A stretch of DNA of 61,648 nucleotides from assembly GCA_037131145.1 (NCBI GenBank), contig JBAXRP010000003.1, positions 1-61,648 on the forward strand, given 5' to 3'. The first letter of the stretch is position 1; each line of letters begins with the position of its first letter. The notes under the pieces were generated by a model. It was given only the letters and a program-made list of their open reading frames with translations. It ran no database searches and was not told the origin of the DNA. Origin of the DNA: Bacteroidota bacterium (lineage in GTDB: Bacteria; Bacteroidota; Bacteroidia; Bacteroidales; FEN-979). A program made the position numbers and the translations under genes. Below are positions 28,717-38,079 of the stretch, in pieces.

Positions 28717-29776
28717 TTATTAACTCTATGAATTGTTTTCTAAAAATACCGGAATGATAATACTGCTGATAAAACTGAATAGATCGTTTTTGAATCTGGT
28801 TGTAAAACGATTGATCTAAAACTAATTGATTGATTCCTTGAACATCGTCGAGCATTATGCCACAACCAGCTTTGATCTTTTCTTCTGTTTTGGTTCTTTT
28901 ATTTCCAACAAAAGGAATTCCTAACGATAGATAATCAATTTCTTTATTCGCTTCCTGCACCGCATAACTGAAATGAATCGGATGGATAAGACTCACGCCT
29001 ATTAATTGATGCGATAACTGCAAGATTGATAAAGCGCGTTTTAATTCATCTTTCGACAAGCGGTCATAAAAATGAATATTTGCTTTCCCATTTATCATTT
29101 CTGCAACCTCCTTTTCTGTGATGTTGCCAAAAATGAACAAGGGGAGCTTATAATTAGCAGACAAGGCAACTGCATCGCGCGCTCCTTTGTCGGTTGTAAA
29201 TAAGCCAAGGTAAATAAAGGCTTTGGGTAAATCGGGAGATTGACGACATTCCATACTTTCGAATGGAGAGGAGTATAAGCCAACAAAGCACTTTTCCGAA
29301 TTAAAATACTTTTGTAATTCGTAACCATTCACAATAACAAAGGTCACATATTTTGCGACCAGTTTTTTTTCAATGGCAGTAATTAGAAACTTAACGAACT
29401 GTTCGATAAATTTGAAAAAACCAAGTTTTCTGCGAATTGCATATAGGACCAGATCTATATTGAAATCGAGTGTTTCGTAAATTACTTTTTGCTTTTTTGT
29501 TGAAGAAAAGAGAACCAGCGGCAGCAATGATAAATCATAAATAATTACAATATCAAAAGACTTTAACTTCTTTTTAAACCGGAATATTTTATCCCATTTA
29601 AAAAATTTTAACGATAAAATGTTGATAATCAAAAACCACAGATTGGGATTGGAATTATCCTGAAAGACGCTTGTCTGGTAACCATTCTCTTGTAATATTT
29701 GTTCTTCCAGTTCGATGCGTGGATGGCGCGTATTAGTGTAAAATGAAGTAAAGAATGCTACTTTTTGCGCTGTCAT
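28709..29776 (-). CDS. Glycosyltransferase (GT-B, GT4-like)
   Basis: HPRI, IYLGLFTTDKG, ANKEIDYLSLGIPFVG. Confidence 0.65.
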   Translation of the reverse strand: MTAQKVAFFTSFYTNTRHPRIELEEQILQENGYQTSVFQDNSNPNLWFLIINILSLKFFKWDKIFRFKKKLKSFDIVIIYDLSLLPLVLFSSTKKQKVIYETLDFNIDLVLYAIRRKLGFFKFIEQFVKFLITAIEKKLVAKYVTFVIVNGYELQKYFNSEKCFVGLYSSPFESMECRQSPDLPKAFIYLGLFTTDKGARDAVALSANYKLPLFIFGNITEKEVAEMINGKANIHFYDRLSKDELKRALSILQLSHQLIGVSLIHPIHFSYAVQEANKEIDYLSLGIPFVGNKRTKTEEKIKAGCGIMLDDVQGINQLVLDQSFYNQIQKRSIQFYQQYYHSGIFRKQFIELINE

Positions 29777-30438
29777 TGCGAAGATTTAAGGATAACCAAA
29801 TAGTTTGGAGAAAAATACCGGATCAAACGATAAAGGATTTGGCTGATCAGGTTAAGAGCCTTTTGGTATAATTTTGACGGTTTACTGTAAAAATGCAGCC
29901 ATTTAAAACCAATTAGCTCCAAACCGGATCTTTCAGAAATTTCAAGCATATTAATAGGATCAATATAACAGGTATGTTCAGGATGATATGATGGGGCTTT
30001 AAACAATATGATTGAAAAAAACTGTTTAATACTGAATGGGTTAGGAGTGGTAATAATAATCTGACCATCAGGGTTTAAGAATTTTTTATAAAAAGTCAGA
30101 AACATACCCACATTTTCAACGTGTTCAATTACGTCTGACATAATGATTCTATCAAAATTCAGACATAATTCTGTCAGTTCATTTGGAGTTACAATTTTAT
30201 AATTCAGTTTCAGCGCGTTAAACTTTTTCAATTCAGTTTCATTGACATCAACGCCAATCAACGATCTGGCTTTTTCTTTCCATCTGGCATGTAGCCAAAG
30301 TGGGGAATAATAATCAAAATCCTGACCCAGACAGCCTACATCCAGAACATCACTTTGGTATATCAATGATGAAATAAGAGCGCTTTTGTGTTCAATCCCC
30401 GCTTTTTTAAATTGCCCAATTCGTTCTTTTTTATCCAT
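29773..30438 (-). CDS. Class I SAM-dependent methyltransferase
   Basis: VLDVGC, DVIEHV, IITTPN. Confidence 0.85.
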   Translation of the reverse strand: MDKKERIGQFKKAGIEHKSALISSLIYQSDVLDVGCLGQDFDYYSPLWLHARWKEKARSLIGVDVNETELKKFNALKLNYKIVTPNELTELCLNFDRIIMSDVIEHVENVGMFLTFYKKFLNPDGQIIITTPNPFSIKQFFSIILFKAPSYHPEHTCYIDPINMLEISERSGLELIGFKWLHFYSKPSKLYQKALNLISQILYRLIRYFSPNYLVILKSSQ

Positions 30439-31123
30439 AGGATTGTATTATCATCAGATATATTTTTGGTTTTAGCGCAATAGTTTGTTTTAAAAGATCC
30501 AGTTTTCCTTGTCCATCACTTTTATGAAATGCGTGTAATGAATTTGAAGGAAAAATTATTCTTGCCATGAAACCGTTTCGTTTGATCAGAGCGATTAGAT
30601 TTTTCAACTCTTTGCGGGTGTGCAAATGCCAGCCGGTTGGCGATGCTCCCGAAAAATCAGTAAATGATGTAATCATAATGATCCCGTCGGGAAGAAGCAA
30701 TTGTTTGCAAATTTTAGTAATTCTTTCGCATTGAAGCGAGACATCCTTAACATTAAAATCGGAGAAGCCAATTGCAGAAATAAAATTATACTTAGAGCTA
30801 ACCGAACCGACTTCAGAACATGTGAAGTTGAGCTTTTCAGGGAGTGAATTCAGTAATGAAGCGACTTCTATCGCTTTTGAACTGAAATCAACACCCAGCG
30901 TAAACTTGAAATATAAACTGAGCGCGAAAGTTTTCAGTCCAAACCCACATCCCAAATCAATACAAGTTTGAGAATTGAGATCTGACAGATTGAAAAGTTT
31001 TTCTGAAGATAATAAAGACAGCCAACTGTCAATTTTATTTTTCTCAACTGAATAGCCTGGAAGACCTTCGAAACCGGAGTATTTTTTGTTATAAAACTCT
31101 CGTACATCTTTCTTTTGGTTCAC
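30431..31123 (-). CDS. Class I SAM-dependent methyltransferase
   Basis: IDLGCGFG, GVDFS. Confidence 0.8.
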   Translation of the reverse strand: MNQKKDVREFYNKKYSGFEGLPGYSVEKNKIDSWLSLLSSEKLFNLSDLNSQTCIDLGCGFGLKTFALSLYFKFTLGVDFSSKAIEVASLLNSLPEKLNFTCSEVGSVSSKYNFISAIGFSDFNVKDVSLQCERITKICKQLLLPDGIIMITSFTDFSGASPTGWHLHTRKELKNLIALIKRNGFMARIIFPSNSLHAFHKSDGQGKLDLLKQTIALKPKIYLMIIQSYG

Positions 31124-31161
31124 CGTAATAAATAATTTTTGTTAGAATAAATTAATACACT

Positions 31162-32136
31162 CTATTTCTGGGGCTTAACGCCATTAAAGTATCTTTTTTT
31201 ACTATTTATATCCCCTTTTCCGGCTGAAAAAATGGATGCGTTCAGTTCAAATCCTAAAATCAGACTTAGCGCGTTAATGTATATCCATACAAGCACAATC
31301 ATCAAAGTTCCCAGCGAACCGTATAGTGCATTGTAACTGGAAAAATTGTCAACATAAAAATTAAAGCCAAGAGTTGTAATAATAATAAGGGATGTTGCGA
31401 GTAATGACCCTGGTGAAATGAAACGATAATTTTTTCGTTTTGCAGGAGCGAGATAATAAACTATGGAAATTGCCGTCAGCAGTAAAGCGAGAATAATCAA
31501 CCAGCGAAGCAATTCCAAAAGGAATACAATAAAGCCGCTATTTTTAATAAAGTCGGGAAGAGCAAACATAAGCAAAGTTGACCCGAAGGTCATCAAACCG
31601 ATTGCCGTAATTAATAACATGCTGTTAATTAGAACTATAAATATGGAGATGAAATACTGACGAATTCCTGTTCTGACTTCGAGTTCGTGATAAGTATTGT
31701 TGAATGCTTCAATCAGGCTGTTTACTCCATTGGTTGAAAAGTACAGCGATAATATTAAATTCAATATCAGGATACTGCTTCGAGGTCGTGTTACGATATC
31801 AATTATAGTATCTTTGACTGATTGGTATGCCAGATTTGGCATAAAATCCTGAATGATGCCAAGTAATAATGGCTGAAAGTCTTTGATTGGAATAAATGGA
31901 ATAATATTGAAAAGAAAAATCAGGAAAGGAAAAATTGCAAGGAAAACAGAATAGGATATTGCTGCGGCTCTTGAGTTAATATAGCCTTCTGTAAGTCCGC
32001 GAATAAAGAAAACGGCTACATCATACAAAGGAATTCCGTCAAATCCGGGTAAAATAATACGTCTCGACGTCTTTAACCCCCAGGAAATTAACCAAAGAGA
32101 TAAAACCCATTTTGAAAGACGTTCATAAACAGACAT
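31162..32136 (-). CDS. YihY/virulence factor BrkB family membrane protein
   Basis: RAAAISY..FLAIFP, YNALYGSLG, LGFELNASI. Confidence 0.9.
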   Translation of the reverse strand: MSVYERLSKWVLSLWLISWGLKTSRRIILPGFDGIPLYDVAVFFIRGLTEGYINSRAAAISYSVFLAIFPFLIFLFNIIPFIPIKDFQPLLLGIIQDFMPNLAYQSVKDTIIDIVTRPRSSILILNLILSLYFSTNGVNSLIEAFNNTYHELEVRTGIRQYFISIFIVLINSMLLITAIGLMTFGSTLLMFALPDFIKNSGFIVFLLELLRWLIILALLLTAISIVYYLAPAKRKNYRFISPGSLLATSLIIITTLGFNFYVDNFSSYNALYGSLGTLMIVLVWIYINALSLILGFELNASIFSAGKGDINSKKRYFNGVKPQK

Positions 32137-32182
32137 AGATAATAAATACTATTTTAAAGCAATACCAGTTCATTAATTTATA

Positions 32183-33016
32183 TTAACGAGCCTTCAAACT
32201 CATATCGAGACTGTTAATATGATGTGTCAAAGCGCCTACAGAAATATAATCAACGCCGGTTTCGGCATAGGAACGCAACGTTTCAAAAGTAATCCCGCCG
32301 CTGGCTTCGGTTTCAAATCGGTTACCAATTTGAATAACTGCTTTTGCCAGGTCTTCGGGAGAGAAATTATCAAGCATGATTCTATCAACCTGTCCAAATT
32401 CGAGCGTTTCCGTTAATTCGGTAAAATTTCTCACTTCAATTTCAATTTTCAAATTCCGACCGGTTTTCCTGAGATAATGTTGAACGGATATTATAGCCTT
32501 TGCAATTCCGCCGGCGAAATCAATATGGTTATCCTTAATCAAAATCATGTCATAAAGCCCCATTCGATGGTTATTTCCTCCGCCGGTTTTTACGGCGTAT
32601 TTTTCAAGTTTACGAAGCAAAGGGGTCGTTTTTCGAGTGTCAAGAACCTGTGTTTTCAAACCGGCGATCTGATGAACCATTTTATTGGTGGCGGTGGCAA
32701 TTCCGCTGAGTCGTTGCATGAAATTCAATACGAGTCGTTCGGCATTGAGAATTGACGCTTGTTCGCCATAAACCATAAATACAACATCGCCAGGGTAAAC
32801 GAGTGCGCCATCGGTTTTAAAAATATCTAAGTTAAGTGATGGGTCAATTCGATGAAAAATGCGTTTCGCAATATCAACTCCACAAATAACGCCTGAATCC
32901 TTGATCAATAATTGCGCTTCGCCAATTGACCCAACAGGGATTGTAGCCAGTGTGGTATGATCGCCATCGCCAATATCTTCAAATAGCGCCTGGTCAATAA
33001 TTTCATCAATAGTCAT
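32183..33016 (-). CDS. nadC: Nicotinate-nucleotide diphosphorylase (carboxylating)
   Basis: EDIGDGDHT, LDTRKTTP, IKDNH, IMLDNF, EASGGI, ISVGALTH. Confidence 0.97.
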   Translation of the reverse strand: MTIDEIIDQALFEDIGDGDHTTLATIPVGSIGEAQLLIKDSGVICGVDIAKRIFHRIDPSLNLDIFKTDGALVYPGDVVFMVYGEQASILNAERLVLNFMQRLSGIATATNKMVHQIAGLKTQVLDTRKTTPLLRKLEKYAVKTGGGNNHRMGLYDMILIKDNHIDFAGGIAKAIISVQHYLRKTGRNLKIEIEVRNFTELTETLEFGQVDRIMLDNFSPEDLAKAVIQIGNRFETEASGGITFETLRSYAETGVDYISVGALTHHINSLDMSLKAR

Positions 33017-33071
33017 AAAAGGATCGTAAAAAATTCAAAATGAAAGTCGGTCAATTGGCGTATTTACAGGA

Positions 33072-33479
33072 CTAACTATCCTGAATCTGGAATTGCTGGA
33101 CAAGATTCTGACCTGCGACAGCTTTTATCAGGAAGTAGATTCGGTATATTTTTTTTGATGTTTCGAGACTGCCAATTGTGTATTGTGATCCATCGGGAGA
33201 AGAACCTTGCTTGGTAATTTTGAATGTTTTAACCGGATTTTGCGAAAAAAATTCTTTCAAAATCTGTCCTGCCTGAGCTTTGCTGTAAATATCATCATAA
33301 CCTGGAACTGTAAGATCAATCATCGCATTGAAATATTTGGATACATCCTGGGCATTGCCTGCCTGGATGGCAGAAGCAACCTTATTTGCTGTTTCTTCCT
33401 GACCGGAAAAGGCAGAAGTACTAATCGCGAGTAAAGTTGTCAGCAGTAAAATATTTGAAAGAAATGAACGTTTTTTCAT
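33072..33479 (-). CDS. DUF4783-family exported protein
   Basis: AIQAGNA..YF, YSKAQAGQILKEFF; position next to nadC as is usual in Bacteroidetes. Confidence 0.8.
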   Translation of the reverse strand: MKKRSFLSNILLLTTLLAISTSAFSGQEETANKVASAIQAGNAQDVSKYFNAMIDLTVPGYDDIYSKAQAGQILKEFFSQNPVKTFKITKQGSSPDGSQYTIGSLETSKKIYRIYFLIKAVAGQNLVQQFQIQDS

Positions 33480-33514
33480 GTCAGTAGATTATGGAACTCT
33501 TAACTCTTTTGGTA

Positions 33515-33522
33515 CAAAAGTA
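33515..33522 (-). promoter_or_regulatory. -7 promoter element for the DUF4783-nadC operon
   Basis: TACTTTTG on the minus strand, 36 nt upstream of the start. Confidence 0.55.
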
Positions 33523-33538
33523 CAAAATTATATGAAGA

Positions 33539-34012
33539 ATGAAGATTAAGCTGATTCTCCTCGGCAAAACGGATGAAGCCTGGCTTCATTCAGGTATTGA
33601 AGAGTACAGAATTCGTGTAAACCGCTATATTCCTTTTGAAATTGTTGAGATTCCTTCTCAAAAGAATCAGGTTTCATTATCTCATCCCGAGTTGAAAATG
33701 AAAGAATCGCAATCTGTTGAACGATATATAAGACAGGGAGATGTGGTGGTGCTTCTTGATGAACGGGGTAAGGAAATGCGGAGTGTTGGATTTGCCGGTT
33801 TTTTGAACAAATATTTTGTTTCCGGGGCTAAAAACCTTGTCTTCGTTGTAGGAGGCGCTTTTGGATTTGACGAATCTTTCAAAAACAAGGCCTCCTTTAT
33901 ATTATCACTTTCTCAAATGACTTTTTCTCATCAAATGGTACGGTTATTCTTTACCGAACAACTTTACAGAGCTCTCACTATTCTTAAAGGGGAATTATAT
34001 CATCATGAATAA
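33539..34012 (+). CDS. rlmH: 23S rRNA (pseudouridine1915-N3)-methyltransferase
   Basis: LLDERGK, VGGAFG, SLSQMTFSHQMVRL..EQLYRA..I..G..YHHE. Confidence 0.97.
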   Translation: MKIKLILLGKTDEAWLHSGIEEYRIRVNRYIPFEIVEIPSQKNQVSLSHPELKMKESQSVERYIRQGDVVVLLDERGKEMRSVGFAGFLNKYFVSGAKNLVFVVGGAFGFDESFKNKASFILSLSQMTFSHQMVRLFFTEQLYRALTILKGELYHHE

Positions 34013-34032
34013 TTGGTCAATCTTGATTTATT

Positions 34033-34111
34033 TTAACATTTATTTAAGAAATGGTTAACAAATATTAACATCAACAGGTATAAAGAAATTCTACCAACTT
34101 TTATAAATTTG
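34033..34111 (+). promoter_or_regulatory. moxR-bat promoter with TTAACA direct-repeat array and TAAATTTG -7 element
   Basis: TTAACA/TTAAGA at 34033, 34044, 34055 and 34065; TAAATTTG at 34104-34111. Confidence 0.6.
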
Positions 34112-34131
34112 CACACTCAAAAATATTCAAT

Positions 34132-35124
34132 ATGGTTGAAACTGACATTAAAGAATTAAATGAGCGGATCCAAAAGGAGAGCGCATTTGTTGACCTGCTG
34201 ACCATGGAAATGCATAAGGTCATTATTGGTCAGAAACAGATGATTGAGCGCCTTATGATTGGTTTACTTGCTAATGGGCATATTTTGCTTGAAGGCGTTC
34301 CGGGATTGGCAAAGACGTTGGCAATTAAGTCGTTGGCAAATTGTATTGATGCGAAATTCAGTCGGATTCAGTTTACTCCCGACCTGTTACCTGCCGATTT
34401 GCTGGGTACGTTGATATACAGTCAGAAAAATGAAGAATTTAAAATTCGCAAAGGACCTATTTTTGCCAATTTTATTCTTGCAGATGAAATCAATCGCAGT
34501 CCGGCAAAGGTTCAGAGCGCTTTACTTGAAGCCATGCAGGAACGGCAGGTTACTATTGGCGATGAAACTTTTGTTCTTCCTGAACCATTTCTTGTTTTGG
34601 CAACCGAAAATCCGATTGAACAGGAGGGAACCTATCCTTTACCTGAAGCTCAGGTTGATCGTTTCATGCTGAAGGTTGTAATTGGTTATCCTGATAAAAA
34701 AGATGAAAAACTGATCATCCGACAGAATATTGGTAATGAGTCATTCAGCACTTCAAAAATCATCAAACCTGAAGACATTCTTCGCGCAAGGGCAATCGCG
34801 CGTGAAGTTTATCTTGACGAGAAAATTGAGAATTATATTACGGATATTGTCTTTGCAAGCAGGTTTCCGGGGGATTATAAACTAAAGAAGTTTGAAGGGC
34901 TTATAAGCTACGGAGGATCTCCGAGAGCCAGCATTTATCTGGCTCTGGCGGCAAAGGCATTCGCCTTTATCAAGCGTCGCGGATATGTAATACCAGAGGA
35001 TATTCGCGCTGTTGCTCATGATGTTTTGCGCCATAGAATCGGACTTACTTATGAGGCTGAAGCAGAAAATATTACTTCCGAAGATATAATCAACGAAATA
35101 TTAAACACGGTTGAAGTGCCATAA
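34132..35124 (+). CDS. moxR: MoxR-family AAA+ ATPase
   Basis: LEGVPGLAKT, RIQFTPDLLPAD, LADEINR, NPIEQEGTYPLPEAQVDRF. Confidence 0.95.
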   Translation: MVETDIKELNERIQKESAFVDLLTMEMHKVIIGQKQMIERLMIGLLANGHILLEGVPGLAKTLAIKSLANCIDAKFSRIQFTPDLLPADLLGTLIYSQKNEEFKIRKGPIFANFILADEINRSPAKVQSALLEAMQERQVTIGDETFVLPEPFLVLATENPIEQEGTYPLPEAQVDRFMLKVVIGYPDKKDEKLIIRQNIGNESFSTSKIIKPEDILRARAIAREVYLDEKIENYITDIVFASRFPGDYKLKKFEGLISYGGSPRASIYLALAAKAFAFIKRRGYVIPEDIRAVAHDVLRHRIGLTYEAEAENITSEDIINEILNTVEVP

Positions 35125-35128
35125 TCAG

Positions 35129-35180
35129 ATTTCGTTTTTTCGTTTTTTCGCTATTTCGCTATTTCGTTATTTCGCTATTT
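35129..35180. repeat. Intergenic 8-nt tandem repeat (A/T)TTTCG(C/T)T x6
   Basis: ATTTCGTT TTTTCGTT TTTTCGCT ATTTCGCT ATTTCGTT ATTTCGCT ATTT. Confidence 0.85.
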
Positions 35181-35189
35181 TCAATAATT

Positions 35190-36065
35190 ATGGAATCTGC
35201 AGAACTTTTCAAGAAGGTTCGAAAAATCGAGATTAAAACCAGGGGACTGAGCAATCAGATCTTTTCGGGCGAGTATCATTCAGTATTTAAGGGTAGGGGA
35301 ATGGCATTCTCTGAAGTCCGCGAGTATCAGCCTGGCGATGATATTCGGAGCATTGACTGGAATGTAACGGCCAGGTTTAACCATCCTTATATAAAGATAT
35401 TTGATGAGGAGCGGGAACTTACGGTTATGTTACTGATTGATGTTAGCGGATCAAACCATTTTGGAACAAGGAAAACTCTTAAAAAGGAAGTGATTACTGA
35501 GATTGCAGCAGTTTTAGCTTTCAGCGCTATTCAGAACAATGACAAGGTTGGAGTGATATTTTTCAGCAAAACAGTTGAAAAGTTTATTCCTCCAAAGAAG
35601 GGTACTTCACACATTTTGAGAATTATTCGTGAGTTGATTGAATTCAAGCCAGCGCAGCAGGGAACAAACCTGACGGAACCTTTAAGGTTTCTCACAAATG
35701 CGATAAAGAAACGTTGTACTGCCTTTATGCTTTCCGATTATATGAACCGGGATTTTGAGGATGCAATCAAGATCGCCAATAAAAAGCACGATCTTATTGC
35801 TGTCAGGGTTTATGATGAGGGGGAGACCGAACTTCCTGATGTAGGATTAATTTATGCAAAAGACGCAGAAACCGATAAACATCGCTGGATTGATTCATCG
35901 GACAGAAAGGTGCGGAGGCAATATAACAATTGGTATAAAGCCCATAATGAATTTCTGATGGATACTTTTCGCAGGAGTGGCGTGGATGTTGCCAAAGTTG
36001 CGACAGATCAGGACTATATCAAACCATTGATGAACCTTTTCAGAAAAAGAGGGGCAAGACGTTGA
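35190..36065 (+). CDS. DUF58 (vWA-like) protein
   Basis: GEYHSVFKGRGMAFSEVREYQPGDDIRSIDWNVTAR. Confidence 0.95.
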   Translation: MESAELFKKVRKIEIKTRGLSNQIFSGEYHSVFKGRGMAFSEVREYQPGDDIRSIDWNVTARFNHPYIKIFDEERELTVMLLIDVSGSNHFGTRKTLKKEVITEIAAVLAFSAIQNNDKVGVIFFSKTVEKFIPPKKGTSHILRIIRELIEFKPAQQGTNLTEPLRFLTNAIKKRCTAFMLSDYMNRDFEDAIKIANKKHDLIAVRVYDEGETELPDVGLIYAKDAETDKHRWIDSSDRKVRRQYNNWYKAHNEFLMDTFRRSGVDVAKVATDQDYIKPLMNLFRKRGARR

Positions 36066-36072
36066 ACGAAAA

Positions 36073-37047
36073 ATGAAAAGTGAAAAGAAATACCCGGATA
36101 TGCACATTGTAAGATTAAACATTCTGATTGTCTTTCTATGTTTACAGTTTTCCGCTCTTTTTTCACAAGAGGTAAGCGTAACTGCAAAACTTGACACCAA
36201 TGCAATGCTAATTGGCGACCATGTTGGGTTAACGCTTAAATTTTCAGGACCGTCTGCTGTTAAGGTTCTCTGGCCTTTTATTCCTGATACAATCCTTGGC
36301 AATATTTCGGTTATAGGTCGTGGAAAAATAGATACAACCTTTTCCGAAGATCGGAAATCGGTGACATTTTCTCAGGAGTTTAATATAACATGTTATGATT
36401 CCGGTTTTTATACGATACCTCAGATACCGTTTCAGTACAGATTGACGCCTGATACAACCCGACTTTCCGGTACATCAGGGTTGTTACTTCTTGCGGTTCA
36501 TACCGTGAAAGTTGATACAACACAAGCGATCAAACCTATTATCGGACCTTTAAAGGTTCCTATCACTTTCAGGGAAATGTTGCCATGGCTTCTTGCAGGT
36601 CTGGCAGTCATTCTAATTGTGATATTTATTATATGGTATATTTCAAAACGAAAGAAGAAACAACCGGTACTTCAGTTTAAGGCTAAAGTTGTTTTACTGC
36701 CACATGAGACTGCATTGCAGGAACTTGAAAAACTCAGGACCAAAAAGTTGTGGCAGTCGGGAAAAATAAAGGCATATCATTCAGAACTTACTGAAATACT
36801 CAGAAAATACATTGAGGATCGCTTTCAGATTCAGGCGCTTGAGCAAACCAGCTCTGAAATCATTCAAAATCTCCAGAACAATCCGGTTTGTCCACATACA
36901 ACTCTTGACCGTTTAAATGATTTGCTAGTACATGCTGATATGGTAAAATTTGCCAAGGCTCAGCCAGTGGCTTCGGAAAATGAGCGGAGTCTTACAGAGG
37001 CGATCACATTCATTAATGAAACAACAGGTATATCTAATCATGCTTAA
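36073..37047 (+). CDS. bat-operon membrane-anchored protein (BatD-like N-terminus)
   Basis: AKLDTNAMLIGD, single TM, LWQSGKIKAYH, ADMVKFAK; lies between DUF58 and batA. Confidence 0.8.
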   Translation: MKSEKKYPDMHIVRLNILIVFLCLQFSALFSQEVSVTAKLDTNAMLIGDHVGLTLKFSGPSAVKVLWPFIPDTILGNISVIGRGKIDTTFSEDRKSVTFSQEFNITCYDSGFYTIPQIPFQYRLTPDTTRLSGTSGLLLLAVHTVKVDTTQAIKPIIGPLKVPITFREMLPWLLAGLAVILIVIFIIWYISKRKKKQPVLQFKAKVVLLPHETALQELEKLRTKKLWQSGKIKAYHSELTEILRKYIEDRFQIQALEQTSSEIIQNLQNNPVCPHTTLDRLNDLLVHADMVKFAKAQPVASENERSLTEAITFINETTGISNHA

Positions 37048-38035
37048 ATCAATAACATTTGCCAATCCGGGATTCCTTTTTCTCCTCGCGCTGATACCGG
37101 GGCTGGTAGTGTGGTATTTTTACAGGCGAAGACAACGGTCGGCTGTAATACAGATGAGCAGCCTGGAAGGATTTGCTTCGGTGGGAAATAATTTTAAAAT
37201 AGTTGTTAACCAAAGTCTGTATTTCATACGACTGATTGCTTTGACATTTTTGATCATCGCGCTGGCGCGTCCTCAAACCAGTCTGAGCCGTCAGGATATC
37301 AGCGTTGAGGGGATTGATCTGATGATTGCTCTTGATGTCAGCGGTTCCATGCTGGCGATGGATTTCAAACCTGATCGTCTTGAAGCGGCTAAGGATGTTG
37401 CCAGTGAGTTTATTGATGGCCGCCAGAATGATCGAATCGGACTTGTGATTTTCAGCGGAGAGACATTTACACAATGCCCGTTAACAACTGATCATGCTGT
37501 TTTAAAGAATCTTTTTCGCGATATACATAGCGGTATGATTGACGATGGGACAGCGCTGGGAGATGGTTTGGCAACGGCGGTTAATCGTTTGAAAGGAAGT
37601 AAAGCGGTAAGTAAAGTGATTATTCTTTTAACGGACGGCGTGAATAACATGGGATCTTTGGATCCCCGTTCGGCAGCCGAAATTGCAAAGCTTTATGGCG
37701 TTCGAATTTATACCGTAGGGATCGGAACGATCGGTCAGGCTCCTTACCCTGTTCAAACCCCTTTTGGCATGCAAACCCAGATGATGGAGGTTAAAATTGA
37801 TGAGCCATTGCTAAAAGAGATTGCCCAGATGACAGATGGGAAATATTTCAGGGCAACGAATAATGCCAAACTGAGGGCAATTTATCAGGAGATTGACAAG
37901 ATGGAAAAATCGAAAATTGACGTCACTGAATTTAGAAAGAAAAAGGAAGAATTTTTGTCACTTGTTTTAATTGCCTTGATTTTACTGATTCTTGAAACTG
38001 GTTTGAGATATCTTTACGTTAAAAATATTCCCTGA
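37040..38035 (+). CDS. batA: vWA domain protein BatA
   Basis: IALARPQ, DVSGSM, LLTDG; ATG 37040 overlaps the upstream gene. Confidence 0.92.
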   Translation: MLKSITFANPGFLFLLALIPGLVVWYFYRRRQRSAVIQMSSLEGFASVGNNFKIVVNQSLYFIRLIALTFLIIALARPQTSLSRQDISVEGIDLMIALDVSGSMLAMDFKPDRLEAAKDVASEFIDGRQNDRIGLVIFSGETFTQCPLTTDHAVLKNLFRDIHSGMIDDGTALGDGLATAVNRLKGSKAVSKVIILLTDGVNNMGSLDPRSAAEIAKLYGVRIYTVGIGTIGQAPYPVQTPFGMQTQMMEVKIDEPLLKEIAQMTDGKYFRATNNAKLRAIYQEIDKMEKSKIDVTEFRKKKEEFLSLVLIALILLILETGLRYLYVKNIP

Positions 38036-38079
38036 TTCTTTAAAATCGTAAATGTTTAACAATCATATAATACAAGCCC

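Noticed and set aside
35129-35180. CRISPR array
   Set aside because: 8-nt units without spacers; no cas genes; no CRISPR-like array seen anywhere in the window
36950-37039. N-terminal extensions in the ORF track (batA; also pyrE, transketolase and 58839..60242)
   Set aside because: Downstream ATGs fit family N-termini, signal peptides or promoter positions better
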